Shown one piece after another: positions 15,001-22,594 of a DNA stretch of 64,000 nt (position 1 is its first letter; each line of letters opens with the position of its first letter). The position numbers were made by a program, and so were the translations under genes. Location: contig OZ059896.1 of assembly GCA_964057225.1 (NCBI GenBank), positions 4,030,001-4,094,000 of the forward strand. The letters run 5' to 3'. The DNA is from Auanema rhodensis. Lineage: Eukaryota > Animalia > Nematoda. A model generated the notes under the pieces. That model had not been told where the DNA came from, searched no databases, and saw only the letters and a program-made list of their open reading frames with translations.

Positions 15001-17727
15001 TTTTTCGTTGAATAACATTGTCCATCGTTTTTGCCTTGAAAAAAGGAATCTAAAAACATCTACTTTTTGCTAAATTATTTTGAAATTTTTCGAAAAAATT
15101 TTTGTCAAAATGTTTTTGGAAGCAATGTTGAGTGTACATGGAAACTCAACATACACTAATGCATCATTTTTCAAACGATCATAACTAATTTTTGTATTAA
15201 GCTTTTCTTAATGTAGTATAGTGCATTCGATGCGGACTTTTAAGCTGCGTCGATCTGTGTTATCAGATTTGCGCTAGCTTAAAAATGCACCGAGATATCA
15301 ACTGATATAAGTTCACACCTATATCCTCGATTTTCACCCTGAAGAATTAATTTTTTCGTTGAATAACATTGTCCATCGTTTTTGCCTTGAAAAAAGGAAT
15401 CTAAAAACATCTACTTTTTGCTGAATTATTTTGAAATTTTTCGAAAAAATTTTTGTCAAAATGTTTTTGGAAGCAATTTTGAGTGTACATGGAAACTCAA
15501 CATACACTAATGCATCATTTTTCAAACGATCATAACTAATTTTTGTATTAAGCTTTTCTTAATGTAGTATAGTGCATTCGATGCGGATTTTTAAGCTGCG
15601 TCGATCTGTGTTATCAGATTTGCGCTAGCTTGAAAATGCACCGAGATATCAACTGATATAAGTTCACACCTATATCCTCGATTTTCACCCTGAAGAATTA
15701 ATTTTTTCGTTGAATTACATTGTTCATCGTTTTTGCCTCGAAAAAAGGAATCTAAAAACATCTACTTTTCGCTAAATTATTTTGAAATTTTTCGAAAAAA
15801 TTTTTGTCAAAATGTTTTTGGAAGCAATTTTGAGTGTACATGGAAACTCAACATACACTATTGCATCATTTTTCAAACGATCATAACTAATTTTTGTATT
15901 AAGCTTTTCTTAATGTAGTATAGTGCATTCGATGCGGTTTTTTAAGCTGCGTCGATCTGTGCTATCAGATTTCCGCTAGCTTAAAAATGCACCGAGATAT
16001 CAACTGATATAAGTTCACACCTATATCCTCGATTTTCACCCTGAAGAATTAATTTTTTCGTTGAATAACATTGTCCATCGTTTTTGCCTTGAAAAAAGGA
16101 ATCTAAAAACATCTACTTTTTGCTAAATTATTTTGAAATTTTTCGAAAAAATTTTTGTCAAAATGTTTTTGGAAGCAATTTTGAGTGTACATGGAAACTC
16201 AACATACACTATTGCATCATTTTTCAAACGATCATAACTAATTTTTGTATTAAGCTTTTCTTAATGTAGTATAGTGCATTCGATGCGGTTTTTTAAGCTG
16301 CGTCGATCTGTGCTATCAGATTTCCGCTAGCTTAAAAATGCACCGAGATATCAACTGATATAAGTTCACACCTATATCCTCGATTTTCACCCTGAAGAAT
16401 TAATTTTTTCGTTGAATAACATTGTCCATCGTTTTTGCCTTGAAAAAAGGAATCTAAAAACATCTACTTTTTGCTAAATTATTTTGAAATTTTTCGAAAA
16501 AATTTTTGTCAAAATGTTTTTGGAAGCAATGTTGAGTGTACATGGAAACTCAACATACACTAATGCATCATTTTTCAAACGATCATAACTAATTTTTGTA
16601 TTAAGCTTTTCTTAATGTAGTATAGTGCATTCGATGCGGACTTTTAAGCTGCGTCGATCTGTGTTATCAGATTTGCGCTAGCTTAAAAATGCACCGAGAT
16701 ATCAACTGATATAAGTTCACACCTATATCCTCGATTTTCACCCTGAAGAATTAATTTTTTCGTTGAATAACATTGTCCATCGTTTTTGCCTTGAAAAAAG
16801 GAATCTAAAAACATCTACTTTTTGCTAAATTATTTTGAAATTTTTCGAAAAAATTTTTGTCAAAATGTTTTTGGAAGCAATTTTGAGTGTACATGGAAAC
16901 TCAACATACACTATTGCATCATTTTTCAAACGATCATAACTAATTTTTGTATTAAGCTTTTCTTAATGTAGTATAGTGCATTCGATGCGGATTTTTAAGC
17001 TGCGTCGATCTGTACTATCAGATTTGCGCTAGCTTGAAAATGCACCGAGATATGAACTGATATAAGTTCACACTTATATCCTCGATTTTCACCCTGAAGA
17101 ATTAATTTTTTCGTTGAATAACATTGTCCATCGTTTTTGCCTTGAAAAAAGGAATCTAAAAACATCTACTTTTCGCTAAATTATTTTGAAATTTTTCGAA
17201 AAAATTTTTGTCAAAATGTTTTTGGAAGCAATGTTGAGTGTACATGGAAACTCAACATACACTAATGCATCATTTTTCAAACGATCATAACTAATTTTTG
17301 TATTAAGCTTTTCTTAATGTAGTATAGTGCATTCGATGCGGACTTTTAAGCTGCGTCGATCTGTGTTATCAGATTTGCGCTAGCTCAAAAATGCACCGAG
17401 ATATCAACTGATATAAGTTCACACTTATATCCTCGATTTTCACCCTGAAGAATTAATTTTTTCGTTGAATAACAATGTCCATCGTCTTTGTCTTGAAAAA
17501 AGAAATCTAAAAACATCTACTTTTTGTGAAATTATTTTGTAATTTTTCGGGAAACTTTTTGTCAAAATGTTTTTGGAAGCAATGTTGAGTGTACATGGAA
17601 ACTCAACATACACTAATGCATCATTTTTCAAACGATCATAACTAATTTTTGTATTGAGCGTTTCTCCATGTAGTATAGTGCATTCGATGCGGATTTTTAA
17701 GCTGCGTCGATCTGTGTTATCAGATTT
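1..17727 (+). repeat. 351-bp tandem satellite, left array (~50.5 monomers, continues beyond window start)
   Basis: Motifs recur every 351 bp. Homologous ORFs at 991/15733 (42x351) and 11824/17440 (16x351) show exact phase. The array ends at ...TATCAGATTT (17727). Confidence 0.98.
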
Positions 17728-17754
17728 ACTTCAACTTCTAATCAACAACCCAAC

Positions 17755-17770
17755 GGCCCTCTTTAGGGCC
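17755..17770 (+). terminator. Replication-dependent histone mRNA 3' stem-loop (SLBP-binding hairpin), nematode-type loop CTTT
   Basis: CCCAAC-GGCCCT-CTTT-AGGGCC-ACA gives a 6-bp stem and 4-nt loop with typical A/C-rich flanks. It matches the C. elegans histone hairpin, which has C at loop position 1. Confidence 0.9.
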
Positions 17771-18156
17771 ACATTTAAATTTGATGTATTCATAATGATT
17801 TATAATATAATACTGTGTCTGTCTTGTCTTTTTTTGCTATGTAATGATAATTGATATGATATGTTTCGCTGTTATGTAAAGGAGAATCCCTATCTTTGAT
17901 ACTCCATATCCATCTCTATTTTTTTTTATGAATTTCATTAATTATGCTTTCATGTTGATAACAACAACAGTGATCATATCTAATGCCTCACATGTTTCTA
18001 TTCCACGTTTGTTCGCAAATAAACAGTTGTTTATGTTATTCTTATCGTTTATATAAAATTTAAATATACATTTCTAGAATTTCTAGCAAAATTAAGCGCC
18101 AATATGCTTGGTGGCGATTACAATGGGTTTTTGCGCGGTGACCTCTACAGCACTAG

Positions 18157-18163
18157 TATATAA
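18157..18163 (+). promoter_or_regulatory. Putative TATA box of histone H4 promoter (TATATAA)
   Basis: Lies 49 bp upstream of the H4-like ATG within a locally GC-richer segment, consistent with the short 5' UTRs of histone genes. Confidence 0.6.
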
Positions 18164-18205
18164 CGGAGATGCTAGGGTTACTATTCAACACACAGCTTGA
18201 TCAGC

Positions 18206-18250
18206 ATGTCTGAACGTGGTAAAGGAGGAAAAGGTCTTGAATTTATATGA
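18206..18250 (+). pseudogene. H4: Histone H4 5' fragment, copy 1 (MSERGKGGKGLEFI*)
   Basis: ATG TCT GAA CGT GGT AAA GGA GGA AAA GGT CTT matches H4 MSGRGKGGKGL at 10/11 residues, with G>E at codon 3. Homology then stops and TGA follows. 'GL' favours H4 over H2A. Confidence 0.85.
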
Positions 18251-18588
18251 TTGAATAATAAAATAGTGATTGACTTATCTGTGCTATGTGCTTGTTGTTG
18301 ATTAGAAGTTGAAGTAATTGATTGGTAGTTGAAGCTGACTACAACCGCTCTTTCTTTTTTTTAAAATGATATGATTGTTTAGATTTTCATTGCTTGCTTA
18401 TGCTATTTTGAAAATTTGAATATTCTTAGTGTTGTATTTTTTTTAATTTTTATTTTTTCTCTTTTTTTTTTCATATTTATACTTATATATATAAATATAA
18501 TGTATATATTGAGAGATTTAGCTAACTAGTTAATATATTAGCATTTGTACAGTTCGGCTTTCATTGACTTTAGGAATGTGGGCGTGGT

Positions 18589-18825
18589 TTATTTACTCTA
18601 GTATACTCTATACATCTCCTGATAATTGTTTGATCTTATTTATATTTGTTGAAAATTCTTCACATTTTCTTATTGAAAGTGCTTCTTGATATTTCTTCTT
18701 TGCTTTTATTATTTGATTTTACAATGACTTGATATAACTTTCTTTTGTATCCTGTTCATGGAATGAATAATTATATACTGTAGTATAATTTGTACATCTC
18801 TTGATAATTGTTTGTTCTTATTTGT
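18589..18825 (-). repeat. Diverged ~180-bp satellite monomers (T-rich orientation)
   Basis: TTATTTACTCTAGTATAC, CTTCTTGATA and GTATCCTGTTCATGGA match core-satellite motifs with extra substitutions. Confidence 0.8.
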
Positions 18826-19855
18826 TATCCATGAACAGGATACGAAAGAAAGTTATAACAAGTCATTGAAAAATTAAGTATTAAAAACAAAAAAAAAGTA
18901 TCAAGAAGCATTTTCAGTAAGAAAACATGAAGAAATTTTAACAAATACAAATAAGAATGAGAAAATTATCAAGAGATGCATAACGTATTATAGAGTATCA
19001 GTAAACATTTAAAATATGAACAGGTTTCAAAAAAAGTAATATCAATTCATGGGAAAGTATTAAAAGCAGAGAAGAAGTATCAAGAAGGATTTTCAGTAAG
19101 AAAACATGAAGTAATTTTAACAAATACAAAGAAGAATGAGAAAATTATCAAGAGATATATAACGTACTATAGAGTATCAGTAAACATTTTAAATATGAAC
19201 AGGTTTCAAAAAAAGTTATAACAAGTCATGGTAAAATCAAGTTTTAAAAGCAAAGAAGAAGTATCAAGAAGGATTTTCAGCAAGAAAACATGAAGAAATT
19301 TTAACAAATACAAAGAAGAATGAGAAAATTATCGAAAGATGTACAAATTATACTAGAGTATCCGTAAACATTTAAAATATGAACAGGTTTCAACAAAAGT
19401 AATATCAAGTCATGATAAAATCAAGTATTAAAAACAAAAAAAAAGTATCAAGAAGCATTTTCAGTAAGAAAACAGGAAGAAATTTTAACAAATACAAAAC
19501 AGAATGACAAAATTATCGAAAGATGTACAAAGTATACTAGAGTATCAGTAAACATTTAAAATATGAACAGGTTTCAACAAAAGTAAAATCAAGTCATGAT
19601 AAAATCAAGTATTAAAAACAAAAAAAAAGTATCAAGAAGCATTTTCAGTAAGAAAACAGGAAGAAATTTTAACAAATACAAAAAAGAATGAGAAAATTAT
19701 CAAGAGATGTACAAAATATACTAGAGTAAAATATTATTTATTCCATGAACATGATACGAAAGAAAGTTATAACAAGTCATGGTAAAATCAAGTATTAAAA
19801 ACAAAAAAAAGTATCAAGAAGCATATTCAGTAGGAAAACATGAAGAAATTTTAAC
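18825..19855 (+). repeat. 179-184-bp satellite block, A-rich orientation
   Basis: Repeating AAGTATCAAGAAG..TTTTCAGTAAGAAAACATGAAGAAATTTTAACAAATAC units. Confidence 0.93.
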
Positions 19856-20661
19856 TTTGTTCGCAAATAAACAGTTGTTTATGTTATTCTTATCGTTTAT
19901 ATAAAATTTAAATATACATTTCTAGAATTGAGCGGCAAAATTAAGCGCCAATATGCTTGGTGGCGATTACAATGGGTTTTTGCGCGGTGACCTCTACAGC
20001 ACTAGTATAGAACGGAGATGCTAGGGTTACTATTCAACACACAGCTTGATCAGCATGTCTGAACGTGGTAAAGGAGGAAAAGGTCTTGAACTTATATGAT
20101 TGAATAATAAAATAGTGATTGACTTATCTGTGCTATGTGCTTGTTGTTGATTAGAAGTTGAAGTAATGATGCTGACTACAACCGCTCTTTCTTTTTTTTA
20201 AAATGATATGATTGTTTAGATTTTCATTGCTTGCTTATGCTATTTTGAAAATTTGAATATTCTTAGTGTTGTATTTTTTTAAATTTTTATTTTTTCTCTT
20301 TTTTTTTCATATTTATACTTATATATATAAATATAATGTATATATTGAGAGATTTAGCTAACTAGTTAATATATTAGCATTTGTACAGTTCGGCTTTCAT
20401 TGACGTTAGGAATGTGGGCGTGGTTTATTTACTCTAGTATACTCTATACATCTCCTGATAATTGTTTGATCTTATTTATATTTCTTGAAAATTCTTCACA
20501 TTTTCTTATTGAAAGTGCTTCTTGATATTTCTTATTTGCTTTTATTATTTGATTTTACAATGACTTGATATAACTTTCTTTTGTATCCTGTTCATGGAAT
20601 GAATAATTATATACTGTAGTATAATTTGTACATCTCTTGATAATTGTTTGTTCTTATTTGT
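19856..20661 (+). repeat. Histone-derived cassette, copy 2 (direct repeat of 18008-18825; lacks the stem-loop end)
   Basis: Starts abruptly at TTTGTTCGCAAATAAAC after satellite TTAAC and is colinear with copy 1. Its TATA reads TATAGAA (20006-20012). Confidence 0.93.
20055..20099 (+). pseudogene. H4: Histone H4 5' fragment, copy 2 (MSERGKGGKGLELI*)
   Basis: Same 11 codons and same breakpoint as copy 1. Confidence 0.85.
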
Positions 20662-21090
20662 ATTTGTAGAAATTTTCCAAAACAAAATGCTTCTTAACAC
20701 TTTTTCTTTGTTTTTAATACTTGATTTTACCATGACATGATATAACTTTCTTTCGTATCCTGCTCATGGAATAAATAATAGTTTACTCTAGTATACTCTG
20801 TACATCTCCTGAAAATTTTCTCATTCTACTTTGTATTCTTTAAAAATTCTTCATGTTTTCTTACTGAAAATACTTCTTGATACTTCTTCTTTGCTTTTAA
20901 AACTTGATTTTATCATGACTTGTTATAACTTTTTTTGAAACCTGTTTATATTTAAAATGTTTACTGATACTCTATAGTACGTTATATATCTCTTGATAAT
21001 TTTCTCATTCTTCTTGGTATTTGTTAAAATTTTTTTATGTTTTCCTACTGAAGATGCTTCTTGATACTTTTTTTTGTTTTTAATACTTGA
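20425..21090 (-). repeat. ~180-bp satellite block, T-rich orientation (diverged at its left end)
   Basis: Reverse-complement monomers ending at TAATACTTGA. Confidence 0.88.
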
Positions 21091-22590
21091 AGCATTTTCA
21101 GTAAGAAAACATGAAGAAATTTTAACAAATACAAAGAAGAATGAGAAAATTATCAAGAGATGTACAAAGTATACTAGAGTAAACTATTATTTTATCCATG
21201 AACAGGATACGAAAGAAAGTTATATCAAGTCATTGAAAAATCAAGTATTAAAAACAAAGAAAAAGTATCAAGAAGCATTTTCAGTAAGAAAACATGAAGA
21301 AATTTTAAAGAATACAATTAAGAATGAGAAAATTATCAGGAGATGTACAGAGTATACTAGAGTAAATAATTATTTACTACATGAACAAGATACGAAAGAA
21401 AGTAATATCAAGTCATGATAAAATCAAGTATTAAAAACAAAGAAGAAGTATCAAGAAGGATTTTCAATAAGAAAACATGAAGAAATTTTAACAAATACAA
21501 ATAAGAATGAGAAAATTATCAAGAGATGTATAACATATTATAGAGTATCAGTAAACATTTAAAATATGAACAGGTTTCAAAAAAAGTAATATCAACTCAT
21601 GGGGAAATCAAGTTTTAAAAGCAAAGAAGAAGTATCAAGAAGGATTTTCATTAAGAAAACATGAAGAAATTTTAACAAATACAAATAAGAATGAGAAAAT
21701 TATCAAGAGATGTATAACATATTATAGAGTATCAGTAAACATTTAAAATATGAACAGGTTTCAAAAAAAGTAATATCAATTCATGGGTAAGTATTAAAAG
21801 CAGAGAAGAAGTATCAAGAAGGATTTTCAGTAAGAAAACATGAAGAAATTTTAACAAATACAAAGAAGAATGAAAAAATTATCAAGAGATGCATAACGTA
21901 TTATAGAGTATCAGTAAACATTTAAAATATGAACAGGTTTCAAAAAAAGTAATATCATTTCATGGGGAAGTATTAAAAGCAAAGAAGAAGTATCAAGAAG
22001 CATTTTCAGTAAGATAACATGAAGAAATTTCAACAAATACAAAAAAGAATGAGAAAATTATCAAGAGATGCATAACGTATTATAGAGTATCAGTAAACAT
22101 TTAAAATATGAACAGGTTTCAAAAAAAGTAATATCATTTCATGGGGAAGTATTAAAAGCAAAGAAGAAGTATCAAGAAGGATTTTCAATAAGAAAACATG
22201 AAGAAATTTTAACAAATACAAAGAAGAATGAAAAAATTATCAAGAGATGCATAACGTATTATAGAGTATCAGTAAACATTTAAAATATGAACAGGTTTCA
22301 AAAAAAGTAATATCATTTCATGGGGAAGTATTAAAAGCAAAGAAGAAGTATCAAGAAGGATTTTCAATAAGAAAACATGAAGAAATTTTAACAAATACAA
22401 AGAAGAATGAAAAAATTATCAAGAGATGCATAACGTATTATAGAGTATCAGTAAACATTTAAAATATGAACAGGTTTCAAAAAAAGTAATATCATTTCAT
22501 GGGGAAGTATTAAAAGCAAAGAAGAAGTATCAAGAAGGATTTTCAATAAGAAAACATGAAGAAATTTCAACAAATACAAATAAGAATGAA
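21089..22590 (+). repeat. 179-184-bp satellite block, A-rich orientation
   Basis: CATGAAG recurs at 21110, 21293, 21476, 21660, 21839, 22018, 22197, 22376 and 22555 (periods 183, 183, 184, then 179). Confidence 0.95.
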
Positions 22591-22594
22591 AGAA

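Larger units (their letters stand above)
17726..18317. repeat. 24-bp perfect inverted repeat (TTACTTCAACTTCTAATCAACAAC at 17726-17749; reverse complement at 18294-18317)
   Basis: Read directly. The same pair occurs in the right cassette (32588-32611 and 33157-33180), and a single copy lies at 20143-20166. Confidence 0.9.
17728..18668 (+). repeat. Histone-derived junction cassette, copy 1 (left arm of a large inverted repeat)
   Basis: Reverse complement of 32250-33178 apart from a few substitutions and small indels. Mirror ORFs 17654..17854(+) and 33052..33252(-) confirm the symmetry. Confidence 0.95.

Noticed and set aside
17755-17770. Bacterial rho-independent terminator reading of the hairpin
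   Set aside because: There is no U-tract, and the sequence and flanks match the histone stem-loop next to an H4 fragment.
17654-17854. 66-aa ORF spanning the satellite/cassette junction (mirror 33052-33252)
   Set aside because: It has a non-ATG start, reads across satellite and the stem-loop, and is duplicated only because the DNA is.
17885-17889. AATCC as C. elegans-type histone downstream element
   Set aside because: It lies about 115 bp from the hairpin, too far and too short to distinguish from chance.
18206-18250. Functional intron-split H4 gene
   Set aside because: No downstream H4 exon (KGGAKRHRK...) was seen anywhere in the window, and the invariant Gly is mutated.
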